This document shows, in pieces, positions 37,690 to 51,640 of a stretch of 64,000 bases of DNA. The stretch lies in assembly GCA_964016885.1 (NCBI GenBank), contig OZ024742.1, positions 90,396,001 through 90,460,000 of the forward strand, in the 5' to 3' direction. The stretch's first letter is position 1, and each line of letters starts with the position of its first letter. Source of the stretch: Eledone cirrhosa. Taxonomy: Eukaryota. The notes beneath the pieces were generated by a model. That model was not told the origin of the DNA. It made no database searches and saw only the letters and a list, made by a program, of their open reading frames with translations. The translations under genes were made by a program, and so were the position numbers.

Positions 37690-38800
37690 GAAGTCATGAA
37701 ACAGAGCCGAAACCAACTATCTTGGAGATAGCCACCGAATATTGATTTCCGATATTATCGGGAGCTTTCCCTTGATCCAAATTGATCAGAGCCCCTCCAA
37801 AGCGAGGTTTCTTACCGACCCTTTCGCAGAACTGGTAATCATCTTTTCCGCTGCCAATTGAGGATACATTGTTCATGCTAAGGGGAGTACCTATGCACAC
37901 CATCTGATCGAAAAAACAATCATATCACTCTTAAATCATATCCCTCTGTCTTACAAAGACATATTGGATAATGTAGAGTATCACTGCTTGAAATATAAAT
38001 CAGATGGTCTAGTCTTGAATGCATTTCACCTAAGATCAGCTTAAACAGAGTTGTTTGGAGTAATAACTTTGAGTTTTAGGTGTAATCCTATGTACATGTA
38101 AACTTTAAACTTCTTACATCTTCCAATCACAACTTTCCATGTCAAGTGGTCAGTGCCATGTGCATTGAAGTCTCCCATTAAGATATATGAGTCAATCTAA
38201 ACTAGATCTAATGCAGCAGTGACAATTGCAATTGAGAGTTAGAATCCCAATTTTCAAAAAGAGAGACAAGATTGCTCCAGTAATAGAGGGATTTCCTTGT
38301 TATACTTCCCCGATAAAGTCTATGCTAAGTGTCTAGCAAAGACATGCGGGGATATTGTCAAGTCCAAGGTAGCCGATGAACAGTGTGGTTTTTGCCTCAG
38401 ATGCAGCAAAGCTTACCAAATATTCACATTGCGGTAGGTTTTTCAGAAATGGTGGGAACATTGCTAAGAGGTGTTTGCTTGTTTTGTAAACCTTAAAACT
38501 TATGACTACATTCCACGGGACCTGATGTGGAAGGTTCTGTAGGAGTATGGGATCTATGTGCAGCTTCTTATAGCCCTAAAGTCACTATACAAATGGCCTA
38601 GTATTTGTGTTTGGATAAATAGTCTAAGTCGAAACCATTCAATGTGGGTAGCTGACTCTGCCAAGGGTGTGTACTTTCACATCTCCAGTTTATAATTTTA
38701 ATTAATAGGATTGATATGCTAGATTAGAAGTGGTAACATGACTGCCGGGTGTAAAATCAGTTGACTAGAATTTGCAGATAATACAATACTACTTATGAGA
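37690..38800. mobile_element. LINE RT debris: Tx1-type fragment (-, ~37700-37850) and RTE-type fragment (+, ~38240-38800)
   Basis: FGGALINLDQGKA shared with the 12445 ORF; RGISLL..KVYAKCL..KVADEQCGF remnants. Confidence 0.65.
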
Positions 38801-39283
38801 AGGCGATCAGAGCACTCGAGAAAAATATTTTTTTTCTTTGTCTGTCAGAATATGAACGATAGATGGCAAGCCTTAACAATTTCAAAGATATAAAAAAGTG
38901 CACATAATAACAAAATATTGTTCTAAAAATGAAAAATAAAAATAATATGAATTTGCAAAAGCAAGCAGAGTAAGTTATCATGGAACATCAACTGTATTAA
39001 TAATTTTAAAATCTTTTTTCAGAACCTGCTGGAACCAGTAAAAAAAGCAAACCAGAAGAAACAAATCATAGTATAAATATTGTTATAGTGTAACCCTAAG
39101 TCCAATGGGATTGAGAACCATCATCATATGGTATTCCGGCCATAAACATCAAATCTATTTTTCCCAGAAACATTATATTTAGAAATATATAATCTAGTGA
39201 GTTATCTTTTGATAAAGACAATAAAAGTGTGATATGAATGAGATGTTACTGTTATTTCCAGTAGGTTAAATGATCCTGTAGAA

Positions 39284-40248
39284 CAGGGGTTGGCAACGTT
39301 TTTGAGTGTGCAGGCCACATTGCTCTGCATTGTCTCCTCAGCAGGCAACATAGCTATGTAGTGGCTTGTCGGTGGGCCACTTAGCTATGCAGTGTCTCGT
39401 CAGCGGGCCACATAGCTATGCATTGTGTCGTCGGCGAGCCATGATAACAAAATATAATAAATTTGCTAGACTTCAGACTGCTCTGTCCTGAAGGCTACCT
39501 TAATCCTAGGATCTAAAGAAGAACAATGAATTTTATGTGATATTACATTAATGACATTCCTTACTACAAATAAAATATAGGCAGAAATAGTAAATTGTTT
39601 AATGAGATACTTGTTTTTGTCTGTCATTGGATAGCTTCTCTACATCAGACAAAATATTTGTTGAGGACAGTAGAACATTGTCCAGATGATCATCACACAG
39701 CCTTGTTCTTAAATAATCTTTGGTATATTTCATTTTGGAAAAAAGCTGTTCACAGGTGTACATACTGCCAAATAATGATACTTGCATTTTTGCATTATTC
39801 AAGAGGTTTTTATACTTTCCACTAGACAAAACATATTTCTTGTAGAAGTCAGTGACTGATTCAGAATGAAATTTTGATTTCAGAAATTCATCGCATTGTG
39901 AGTCAATCAACGCCAACTGATACCCTTCTTCCACTGTCTCCACATCTGTTTCGTAAAGAGACCAAAGTAAAGTGATGTCTGTACTGGCATATATACTTAA
40001 ATACATGCACAAACAGTCCCCTTGACCTCAGTGTCTGATTATTCTATCTGTCTAAATTTGATTGTTTGATACTGTCATGCACAAAATTACATTCAGCTAA
40101 GTGAGTCTTGTGGCTAGACATGTTCTCTAGTCAGTATTCTAATCCAAAATAATTCAGAGCACTTTTTCAGGGATCACTTAGCCTAAGATTGAAACCTGTT
40201 GGTGGGCCAGACCAAAATGCCTTGCCGGTAGGGGATTGCCAGTCCATG
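39284..40248 (-). mobile_element. Deleted hAT (Charlie/GTF2IRD2-type) DNA transposon
   Basis: TIRs CAGGGGTTGGCAAC / gattgccagtccatg; 8-bp TSD ctgtagaa / ctatagag (6 of 8 match); ORF 39599-40012 LFGSMYTCEQLFSKMK..RTRLCDDHL; subterminal ~36-bp repeats ggccacatagctatg. Confidence 0.85.
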
Positions 40249-40479
40249 CTATAGAGGCTTCTCCATCCGCTTTTCGTGTTCTATGTTGTTATTTTAAGAT
40301 AGCTGGGTACCTAATTTGAAGGAGATATGGTTGCTATTTCTAGCAGATGATCAAAGGACGAAGAGGAAGGCTTTCTTTCTGCAGTTATGTTCCAACAGTA
40401 TTTAGGTCTGGTGAGGTTATTGATGTTGTTTTGATGGTCTTATTATACCTGTCTAGAGTGGAAAAGATTTAGTTCTAAT

Positions 40480-41462
40480 ATTAGAGGAGTTTACGACCGG
40501 ATGCCCATGGGAACTCCTGTATGCTGATGACCTCGCACTTATAGCTGAATCTATGGTAGAACGAGAGAAGAAATTCCAAACTTGGAAGCAGGGACTAGAA
40601 AGAAAGGGTCTCAAAGTCAACATGACAAAGACTAAGGTCCTTGTAAGTAGACGAGAACACAGAACCCAGATCTCCTCAGGGAAATGGCCTTGCTCAGTAT
40701 GTAGAAAAGGTGTAGGTAGGAACTCCATTCTCTGCCCCAAATGCAAACAATGGGTACACAAGAGATGTAGCGGGATCTCAGGAAGCTTAATTAAGAATGT
40801 AGGCTTCACATGCAGCAAACAGCCACAGGAAACAAGTACCGCCAATCTCTGGGAGGGCTCTGTAGAAACAGTAGACAGCTTCTGCTACCTAGGTGACCGA
40901 ATTAGCAGAAAGTACAATAACTAGGGTAAAAACGGGATGGAAGAAGTTCAGGGAACTACTGCCACTGCTAGCTGCAAAAGGCTTCTCCCTCAAAATGAAA
41001 GGCAGACTGTATGATGCGTGTATCCGAACAGCAATGTTACATGGTAGTGAGACCTGGGCACTGAAGGTGGAAAACTTACGTAGATTAGAAAGATGACACA
41101 CGACCGTGACCTCTGGCGTCACGCAGTAATACAGAGTACCCGACCTCCCATGGGTACAAGCTGAAGCATATAGACAATATGCCCCCACACCCTCCCACTG
41201 CAAGGTGGTCGTGGAGGTGTCACGGCAAAAAAGCACCCAGCCCACACTGTAAAGTAGACGTGGAGGCGCCATGAAAAAGCACCCAGCACTCACTGTAAAT
41301 GAGGTTGGTGTTAGGAAGGGCATCCAGCTGTAGAAATCAAGCCAAAATCAGTTCCTGTATGAGCAAGGCATGGTCAGCCAACCAGACACTGCCCCAAACA
41401 GGAAAACCCGTCTAACCCATGCTAGCATGGAAGAACGGACGTAAAACGGTGATGATGATGAT
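40480..41462 (+). mobile_element. 5'-truncated RTE LINE with PHD-like Zn finger
   Basis: ELLYADDL, KWPCSVCRKGVGRNSILCPKCKQWVHKRC, FCYLGD, MLHGSETW; 3' tail ending (GAT)n. Confidence 0.9.
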
Positions 41463-41682
41463 TACAGTTGTATTCTGAGATGTTGTAGATGTGTCTTAAT
41501 TGTTTAGGTATAGTGTGTGTTGGACATTATTGAATATGGTTTCTATTTAAATGGTTGAGGCATAACATGATGAAGATTTGGCTGCTATTTCTAGCATATT
41601 GAGCAGCCATGTAAAGGTTACCTTGATAGCTTGTGAAATAAAGAAGTAGGCAATTATGATAAGGAATACAAAAAGATAACAT

Positions 41683-41830
41683 AATAATTGTTTCTACCTT
41701 TGTCACAAGGCCAACAATTACCCAGTGCATTACTGGTACTTTATTTTATCGACCCCATAAGGATGAAAGGCAAAGTTAACCTCGGCGGGATTTGAACTCA
41801 GAATGGCAATGGGCATAACCCTATTTTGGC
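41683..41830 (-). mobile_element. tRNA-derived SINE, partial
   Basis: Same core and tail as the 20605 copies, reverse strand. Confidence 0.85.
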
Positions 41831-41879
41831 CACTTGTATTGGCAATTGTATTCTTTCATTACCTAAGATTCATGACTAT

Positions 41880-43920
41880 AAATAAGAGTTGACATGAACA
41901 CAGAATTGAATCTAGAAAGTTTTGCTTTTACACTGACCTCCTTTCCTCTGAAGACTAAGTGCTGAAGCTGGCACAGTACTGCACCAGCTCCTGCAATTAT
42001 TGCATTTAATTCAGCCTCCTGCTGTCCATCACTCGAAAAACAGTCCCAAGATACTTGAACTTATCTACCTGCTTCAGTGGAACTCAACACACATGAAGAT
42101 ATTTATTGCACAGGCTATCTTGAAAGAATAGGTGTCAGTCTTCAAAGCTCTAATTTTCATTCCTGCTGTGCAGCACTTGGCAGAAAACCTAACCTAATAC
42201 CATCATCATCATCATTTTTACATCCATTTTTCCAGGCTTGCATAGGTTGGACAGGTCCTTCTCAGCACAGCATCTCTTGCCACAACGCATACCATCATCA
42301 TGTCTCCTCTGAGTCTCAACAATTTGAGGTCAGCTCTGCAAAGGTCTTTCTTGGTCTACCTCCACTGCAGCTTCCATCCATTGACATTTCCTGGCACTTC
42401 TTCACCCATCGATCATCATCCATGCACATACAAATGCAGTCTGTTCTCTTCACACTTTGGATTCCTCCTAAACCCAGTTTCTCCCTCAGCTCATCCAAAC
42501 TCTGCCTTTATCTCACACTTACATTGCACATCCCAAGAAGCATGGTTGCTTCATTTCTCTCCAACCTATGCATGTCCTTTGCAGTCACAGCCCATGTTTC
42601 ACTATCATGAAGCATCGCACTTCTCATGCAGGCATCATAGTCATCCTCTGCAAATTCAGCCTCCTACTATCCATCACTCATAAAAACACTCTGAAAACAA
42701 CTGTTTGTCAGCTAGCTTGGACTCGACATTATCCCTACATCTCTTTGTCAGACACTCACCATAAACTTTACTAGGAAAGCTTAACAAGGAGATTCCTTTA
42801 TAATTAGGGTATTCACTAACGTCCCCCTTTTGAAAATTGGGATTATTGTTCCTGATTGCCATTGCTCTGGTGCCTTTCTAGAAATCTAGGCCACCCAGCA
42901 CACTTGACAGCCAGAGAATGCTTTCTCTTAGGAGAGAACCCCAGATAATTTCCTGATATCAGCCGTAGAGGAGTGGATGGCTTATTACTTCATTTGCTAA
43001 TCTAAAGTCAGATTCCAGCTGTAGAGGCAACTTCTTATTACGGTGTCAGTGGATGACCTATTACTTCTTTTGCTAATCTAAAGTCAGATTTCATGGTAAC
43101 TCCAAAGTTTTCCGATGTCTTAGCCTTGGGTGTCTTTATTGTCTCTGCTGTGACTTTTCAAATCTGCTTGTACCAAGCAAGAAGGAAGAATTATTTCCAA
43201 GCCAAGCAAGATCTGTAAGCCTCTTTCTTTGCTTGGATGGCATCTTTAATGTCCTGATTGAACCAGGGATCCTCCTGCCATCCAGCACCACCACACTGAG
43301 TCACTTTTGCCCACAGCATTTGCAGCTAAAGTACAAACTACAAAGCTGAACATTATCCCCTTCATTTCAGTGTCCTCAGTTTAGATTCAATAGCAACCAC
43401 ATGCTTAGTCCTACCTTCCTCATCAGCCAACACTTCCCACTTTATCCTGTAGGTTGAGCTGTACTTGGGTTTTTTTGGCCTTAAGTTGACAGCTAAGCCC
43501 CTCTCTTACATCCAGTACAAAATCAAAGAGATCAGAGACAATATTAAAATCAATTACTGATTTCTGTCCTTGATTTCCATTATACAATGTATACTTATTG
43601 ATGTCTTTTTGCTTGAAGAAGGTGTTCATAATACAGAGCCCATTACTAGAACAGTGTCTCATAAGACCTCTCCGTTCACATTTAGATAGTAATCCCAATT
43701 CCTTCCAATCACTGCTATCCATGTTAGGTGATCAGTGCCAATATGTACACTGAAGTTTCCTGGTAGGATATATGACTGAGTCATAACTATATTTAACACT
43801 GCAGTGACTTCATCAAGGAAGGATTTGTACTGAGATCCTATGTTCTGTGCACTATCCACAGCCAAATCTTCAAAAGTCAAATCCTCCTTCATAAAGGAAT
43901 CCAGTCCATAGCACATCCCA
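41880..43920 (-). mobile_element. Nested decayed RTE-type LINE fragments
   Basis: NYKGISLLSFPSKVY, NGLCIMNTFF..QKSVIDF, GNFSVHIG; RTE 3' piece GRPRKT + (CAT)n at ~42200-42610. Confidence 0.7.
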
Positions 43921-44280
43921 GGGACTTTTAATTATGCTTAACTGTCTCAAAAAATGTTCAAATGGATTCGCTTACAACCCCTCATTTTTTTAAATGTTTA
44001 TATTTCAATTAAAACCTCCTATCTTAATTTCAAGTTAAACATTTTTTATCAGGTTGCACACACCCAATTAATGATAAAACAAAATATTTTACTAAATCTC
44101 TCTAAATTCTTGATTATTTTCAAAATTAATAGAAACACATTAGAAATATAATCAGAAACCAGTTAAAGAGCTGTATAAAATAGTTATAGTCAACTGGATA
44201 TTTTAAAAGATGACTTTAACCTAGCCTAAACCCCAATACCAGTATGATACATATTTTACCGAACAGCCCAGAGGATAAAA

Positions 44281-44470
44281 AATAATTGTTTCTACTTTTG
44301 GCACAAGGCCAGCAATTATCCCAGTGCATTACTGGTACTTTATTTTATCAACCCCATAAGGATGAAAGGCAAAGTTAACCTCGGCAGGATTTGAACTCGG
44401 ATCGTAAAGGGACGTAACTCTATGCTGGAAAGCATGGTGTCCAATGCTCTACCGATACTGCCAATCCACC
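44281..44470 (-). mobile_element. tRNA-derived SINE, full length
   Basis: Reverse complement of the same consensus. Confidence 0.85.
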
Positions 44471-45255
44471 AAGGATAAAAAATAATGCAAATAAGATATG
44501 AAAACATAACAGAGAAATAGTGAGTGAAAGACCCAATGTGTGACAAGCAGACACACATACACACATAGAAAGAAAGACAGACATACATACACACATAAAT
44601 AGGCAAAGAGACAGCGAGATAGAGGGACAGACAAATAGGTAAATAGACGGATGTTTTTAATGTCTTAAGATAGATAAATATATAACCACTGGACACTACA
44701 TCTCCCTCTGTGTATAAACACACACAAATACAGGTAGATAGCTATAGGTAGTTATTGCCATACCACTGAACAAATGGTGGACATGTCTTGTCAACACCTT
44801 GTGACAGAAGGACATAGGCAGAAAGATATCACAGCAAATACATTTTCAAATTACCACTTCCCAAACAAATCTCTCAAAAAGTGGTTATCTTGTGATCTTG
44901 AGTTTTATGTTTTTTAATTATATATATACTTATATATATATGTGTGTGTATGTATAAAAGTTTGGGAGCATGCATGGAAGTTAAGTATATTCATTAGATG
45001 TTGATGATTCACTTACTTGCTACTGTGGGTTCATTCAAGTGACAAAATAAATTATCTTTTTACTTCTTTAACAAATGAACACAAGCAAGAAACACAGAGT
45101 AAATTATTAGTAGTTTGAATTGTGTAATTGTCTGACATTATTGAGAACAGAATCAATTAACCTAAATTTGGTTGATATCATTTTTCTGTAAAAGCTGCTT
45201 CAACTAAGGGAAAACCAGTTTACAAATCAGCCAATATTTCTCATACTGGTACCTC

Positions 45256-45294
45256 TCAAAGAAGTTTGCCACGTTGTAGAAATGCTTTGCCTTT
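45256..45294 (-). CDS. LYR-motif microprotein, final coding exon (KGKAFLQRGKLL*)
   Basis: Acceptor tattttctttttccAG at 45296-45295, then AAA GGC AAA GCA TTT CTA CAA CGT GGC AAA CTT CTT TGA; in phase with the upstream exon and resembling the EKGLVFL..KL end of human AltMIEF1. Confidence 0.85.
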   Translation of the reverse strand, partial: KGKAFLQRGKLL

Positions 45295-46317
45295 CTGGAA
45301 AAAGAAAATATACATATGAATTTAGGTAAACAATCATCATCATCAACATCATCATTGTTTAACGTCCATCTTCCACGCTAGCATGGGTTTAGACGGGAAT
45401 TGTCCCACGTGAGGCAAGATTGGTTGTCTTGCTCGTATAGGAGTGTCTGGCAGGTTTTCTCAAAATTCTTTTACTTTCCTATTCATACAAACACATATAT
45501 ATAGTCACAGAAGTACAAAATAAATACCAATCAAATTAATTTGATCTGGGAATTTTTATCTGGAAGAATGATTTCCCTTTGTTTCTTTTTCGCTTTTGGC
45601 TATACATTGCAGAGACCCTTTTTAGCAGGGAAAGTGGACTTCAAAACGGTGATGATGATGATGCAGCTGGAGTAAATTGTGTCAATATTACTTTAGCTCC
45701 AGCAGTGATATTTACTACACAGAGATCATTGGTCAACTTAAAATTGGTGTGAAAGAATTAATATTAATTCTATAATTTTATGTGATCACTCAAACAAATA
45801 CAAGGAGTGAGTATCACATTGGGAAAGCTATAATAGTGAAGATTAATTTTAACCTAGAATGTTTTGCTGTCGTTCATCTTTATAATTTCATGTGAATAAA
45901 GTGTAAAATGTCCTTCACATAAATTGAAGCATAGCCAATGTGGGGAGGAAAACCTCTGGATTCCCAATGAATCTGATTGCATTCATTGTCCATGCCAACT
46001 ACAGCTGGCCAGGTGTAACCACTAGCACTAATTTCCCTATAATTACACCCTACATATCAACGGACAGTACATATTAGAGAATGCAATCATAGATAATCCT
46101 AAAATAACAACATGAGCAAGTGTAGAAAGCCTTTCATCATAGATTTGCTCAATTAGAGCTGACCTGTGGCTAAACAATAATAATTATAAAAACAACACCA
46201 AAATAAATAATGGCTGTTCTGTATAGAAAAAACAGAAAGACTTGTTCAAGATTCTCAAGTCTAGTATGAAGATATAATCATGATTATGAAAAGATGGTTA
46301 TACACTTGTACTGATAT

Positions 46318-46835
46318 CATCATCATCATCATCACCGTTTTACGTCCGTTCTTCCACTCTAGCATGGGTTAGATGGGTTGTCCTGTTGTGGGCAGTGTCC
46401 GGTCGGCTGACCTTGTCTTGCTCATACGGGAACTGATTTTGGCTTGATTTCTATAGCTGGATGCCCTTCCTAACACCAACCTCATTTACAGTGAGTGCTG
46501 GGTGCTTTTTTCCATGGCGCCTACACGTCCACTTTACAGTGTGGGCTGGGTGCTTTTTTGCCGTGGCAACTCCACGACCACTTTGCAGTGGGAGCATATT
46601 GTCTATATGCTTCAGTTTCGGCTTGTACCCGTGGGGGGTCGCGTCTTCTGTATTGGTCACGGTCATGTGTCATCACCTTTGAGAGGTGTAATTGGGTAAG
46701 GTCGACTTTTATCACCTCATCCCAGGTCTTCTTGGGTCTCCCCACTCCGCGGTTTCCATCGACTTCTAGTGCTCTGCACCTTTTTATGCAGCTGTCATCC
46801 TTCATACGCATCACATGTCCATACCAACACAATAT
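46318..46835 (-). mobile_element. RTE 3' fragment (intronic)
   Basis: WYGHVMRM..GRPKKTW; 3' UTR near-identical to 48428-48950; (CAT)n tail. Confidence 0.9.
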
Positions 46836-48427
46836 ATGAAAAATAATATGCATACTTCGTATTCATTAATAGCCCTCTAATAAATGTCATTCATATTAAA
46901 TTGTGGCATTTGATGAGACAGAAAATTGCATTTATCTATCTATCGTGGTTAACCTTGAAGTGGAAAACTATTTGCATCAGACTGTAAAATTTATAAACTG
47001 AAACAAATTCATGTGTCTACATCTGAAGAATCTTTTAACCATGGCTATAAATGATAGATATATAAAGAATTATTTTTTTTATAGAAACATACATAATCTG
47101 AAAGATTAAAGTGCATATCTTCAGGCCACAAGCTTGAGTATAAAGTTTGTTTAAATTAGTGTAGGAACTTTGTTAGAACCATGTATCATAACCTCCCTAC
47201 TGTGGTCAGTTTGCATATCTCTTGTCCTGCATTGAAGAAATCCATATCTATACAACTGTCACTGAAACCACTAAACCTTGTAACTTCCATACACACAAAT
47301 CATCTTGGCTTTCACTCTCTTTCCATACCCACACTGCTGACAAAGAAACCATGATGCTTTCCAACTTGAACAGTCTGCACCAATTAATATCCTCACTCAC
47401 CCAATTAACCAGTATATTAGCTCTCCAAACTCTATTAACTGTTTACTCACACCAAAAGCCAAAACCACCCAGCCACCACATCAGATAATAATTTTGATCA
47501 TTGAGTAATGATGGCAACTCAGAATACTTCATCCTACAGAACAGCAAATTCTGCTCACTAAAAACATTAATTCTCTACTAACTAATTTTACCAGCATATG
47601 TACTATTCAAGACAGCTAAGTGATTGATCGACACTATTCTCTACATATGTTCCTCCATGTGCTTAATGCAACCAAATCCTACCATAGAAAACTCATAAAT
47701 ACCTTGCTTGCAGATATACAAGCAAAGAACATTGCTTAAAATACATGGAAGATGTCATCCACTGTTACCAACTATCAATCATTTTGCCAATGCCTGCATG
47801 ATGGCAATCAGGAAAGTAAAAATAAAAGGCTTTGTGCATTTTGTACAATCTGGAAACTGTCTTGCTTTTCAAAATGTTTGACCCTTTTGATCTTTTGTTG
47901 AAAGAATTTCAACTACTATTTTTTAAAACTTCATTGTTTACAAAAGATAAAATATCTTGGCTTTATAAAAAACACTCCTGCATATAAAACTACTTAATTT
48001 GCTAGAAAATTTGTTTCTGAACCCAAACTGAGTGCACACATTTAACGATCACCCCCACCCCCACTCTGCCAACTGCCCTTATCCCACTACACCAGTCTTA
48101 TTTCCATATAGTTATCAATCTTTCCAAACCCAATGAATTGATCATCTTGAGATTGCCCCGCTCAATGCCCTGAAACAGTGCACTCCAAAGTAAGCTGCTG
48201 TTTTAATCAAACCACTGAATTTCTCCTCTCCATGTGGCGCTATCTAAGTCTATAGAAATATGAAGAAATGTTTCCCATACTCAGGAAGAACAATTTCTGT
48301 GACCATACATGTTACTGCTCTATCATCCTCACTTACTCAATGGTGGTGGAAACGATCATAAACAACCACCTCTTCATCACCTTCAATATTTTCCTTCTCA
48401 ATTAACATCATATATACAAGTCACTTC

Positions 48428-51400
48428 ATCATCATCATCACTGTTTTACGTCCGTTCTTCCATGCTAGCATGAGTTAGACGGGTTGTCCTGTTGTGGGCA
48501 GTGTCTGGTTGGCTGACCATGCCTTGCTCATACAGGAACTGATTTTGGCTTGATTTTTACAGCTGGATGCCCTTCCTAACACCAACCTCATTTACAGTGA
48601 GTGCTGGGTGCTTTTTTCCGTGGCGCCTACATGTCCACTTTACAGTGTGGGCTGGGTGCTTTTTTGCTGTGGCACCTCCACGACCACTTTGCAGTGAGAG
48701 GGTGTGGGGGCATACTGTCTATATGCTTCAGCTTGTACCCATGGGAGGTCGGGTATTCTGCATTACTGCGTGACGCCAGAGGTCACGGTCGTGTGTCATC
48801 GCCTTTGAGAAGTGTAATTGGATAAAGTCGGCTTTTATCACCTCATCCCAGGTCTCCTTGGGTCTCCCCACTCCGCAGTTTCCATTGACTTCTAGTGCTC
48901 TGCACCTTTTTATGCAGCTGTCATCCTTCATACGCATCACATGTCCATACCAACGCCACCGCCTCTCCTGCACACAGCATTTGATTCCTCTTATGCTCAG
49001 TCTCTCTCTCAATTTCTTTATGCTTTGCCGTTCGAGTATATTACTATTACACATCCATCGGAGCATGCAGGCTTCGTTTCTTTCTAATCTACGTAAGTCT
49101 TCCACCTTCAGCGCCCAGGTCTCACTACCATGTAACATTGCTGTTCGGATATACGCATCATACAGTCTGCCTTTCATTTTGAGGGAGAAGCCTTTTGCAG
49201 CTAGCAGTGGCAGTAGTTCCCTGAACTTCTTCCATCCCGTTCTTACCCTAGTTATTGTACTTTCTGAACACCCACCTCTGCTGCTAATTCGGTCACCTAG
49301 GTAGCAGAAGCTGTCTACTGTTTCTACAGAGCCCTCCCAGAGATTGGTGGCTGTTTGTTGCTTGGTGTCCCTGCTTCCAAGTTTGGAATTTCTTCTCTAG
49401 TTCTACCATAGATTCAGCTATAAATGCGAGGTCATCAGCATACAGGAGTTCCCATGGGCATCCAGTCTTAAACTCCTCCGTTATTGCCTGCAGGACTATG
49501 ATAAACAGGAGAGGGCTAAGAACAGAGTCCTGGTGGACACCAACCTGTACGCTAAATTCCTCGCTATACTCATTGCTAATCCTAACTTTGCTGACTGCTC
49601 CCCTATACATGGCTTGTACAGCTTTCATAAGCCATTCATCTACTCCTAGTTTTCTAAGAGCCCACCAGATTATAGCACGTGGAACTCTGTCAAAGGCTTT
49701 CTCGAGATCGACGAATGCCAGGTAGAGTGGCTTACATTTAGCTAGGTACTTTTCCTGTAACTGCCTCACAAGGAAGAGGGCATCAGTGGTGCCTCTTCCT
49801 GGTACAAACCCAAATTGCATCTCATCTAGTTTCACCCGGTCCCTAATCAACTGTGCTATAACTCTCTCTGTTACTTTCATGACCTGGTCCATCAGCTTTA
49901 TACCTCTATAGTTTCCTCTATTTAGTGCATCACCTTTACCTTTGTAGCAGTTAACAATGATACTACTGCACCAATCTTTTGGTATGACACCTTCTAGTAT
50001 TACCTGGTTAACAATACATGTGGTTATAGTGTGACCTACAGACACAGATGCCTTCAGCATCTCGGCAGCTATACCCGATGGACCGGTTACCTTCCCCCTC
50101 TTCATATCTTTGATTGCCTTACTTACTACGCTGCTGCTGACTTGTACTGCTGGCCCCTCTATAGGGTCTACTTGGGGTAGGGTCTCTTCTTCCCATGCAT
50201 TCTCCTCATTTAGTAATCTATCATAATGGCTCTTCCATGCATCTTTCTTCTCAGCACTTGTGAGGGCAAGCTCACCTTTATCATTCCGGATACACTTCTC
50301 TCCAATGATATCACAATTCTCTCTGACACACTGCCTCGCAATCTTGAACACCTCCTGTTTCTGGTCCTCACGTTGCAAAACATGCTTGAATTTTCTATCC
50401 TCTGCTTCCCTCCTACCTAAGTATACTTGTCGCCTAGCTTCCCTCTTGGTCTCTATGTAATGTACCCTGCTTCCCCCATTCTTCCATTCTTTCCATGCCT
50501 GTCTCTTGGCCTTAACTGTCTCATCTACCTTATTGTTCCACCACCAAGTCACTCTCCTCCTGCTTGTGGTCTTACTCCAGCCACAGATCTCATCTGTCAC
50601 CTCTAGTAAGTTATTTTTTAGGAACTCCCAGTGCTCTTCTACATTGAATGTCTCTATCTGTTCTTCTTTACTGTCGTAGGTGTTGAGTAAAATATCTTTA
50701 AATCTGTTACTGGCTGAGGGGTCTTTCAGCTTCCAGATCTTTCTTCTCCAAGCTGGCCTCTGTTTCCAGGTTCGTCTAGTTCTGACCGTGAGGTCGCTGA
50801 CAACTAAGCTATGTTGGGAGGTACATTCCTCACTAGGGAAGGCTTTTGTGTTTACGACCGTCCATCTGTCACGTCCTCTGATGAGGATAAAATCTATCTG
50901 ACTAGAATGCTCCCCTGATCTATAGGTGATCAGGTGGTTGTCGGGTTTTTTGAAGTTTGTGTTACATATCAACATGTCATTGGTGTCGCAGAATTCTAGA
51001 AGTCTGAATCCTTCTTCATTTCTTGTGCCAACCCCATGGCCTCCATTGAAGCCGTCACAGTGTTTACCTACGTGTCCGTTAAAATCTCCTGCGATGATTA
51101 GGAAGTCATTGTCGTTTGTTAGAGCAGCAGTGTGCATTAGGGACTCATAAAACCTATCCTTAAGTTCGTCTGGCAGCCCCGAATGGGGTGCGTAAGCTGA
51201 TATTATTGTGGTAATTGTTTTATTCAGGACTAGTCTGAGTTTAATGATCCTTGCATTTACCCTGTACACTCAGGTTACTTTATCTACCCACTTGTCAGCT
51301 AGTAGTATACCTACACCACCCATCCCATCGTCATTTCCCACCCAGAAAAATTTGTAGCACTGACTTTTTCCTACAAGGACTCTAGCAGACTCTCCTCTCC

Positions 51401-51640
51401 ATCTAGTCTCTTGCACACAGCATACATCAATTTACTTTTGCTCTAGCATTTCTACGATTTCTCCTGCTCTTCCTTTCATTGTGCTTACATTGATGGTACC
51501 AACTCGGAGTTTTGGGCATTTGTCGACATTCGTAGGGAAGAGTCGATTTTTGCAGGGGTGTGTGTGTGCTTCCTGTCTCTGAATTGGAGCTTCACATGGG
51601 TGCTTGGTAGCTTGCAGATTCATATTCATTTTCATCTATT
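48428..51640 (-). mobile_element. Near full-length RTE LINE inside the gene intron
   Basis: APE start VGTINVSTM..CVQETRW; ORF 49293-51269 (AYAP, GDFNGHVG, IDFIL, NYRGIKL, QFGF, DLEKAFD, LYADD); ORF 48728-49177; (CAT)n tail; the pyrimidine-rich 5' region may extend to ~52120. Confidence 0.93.

Noticed and set aside
39599-40012. Domesticated GTF2IRD2/EPM2AIP1-like host gene
   Set aside because: Only a C-terminal fragment, bounded by TIRs and a TSD: a deleted transposon.
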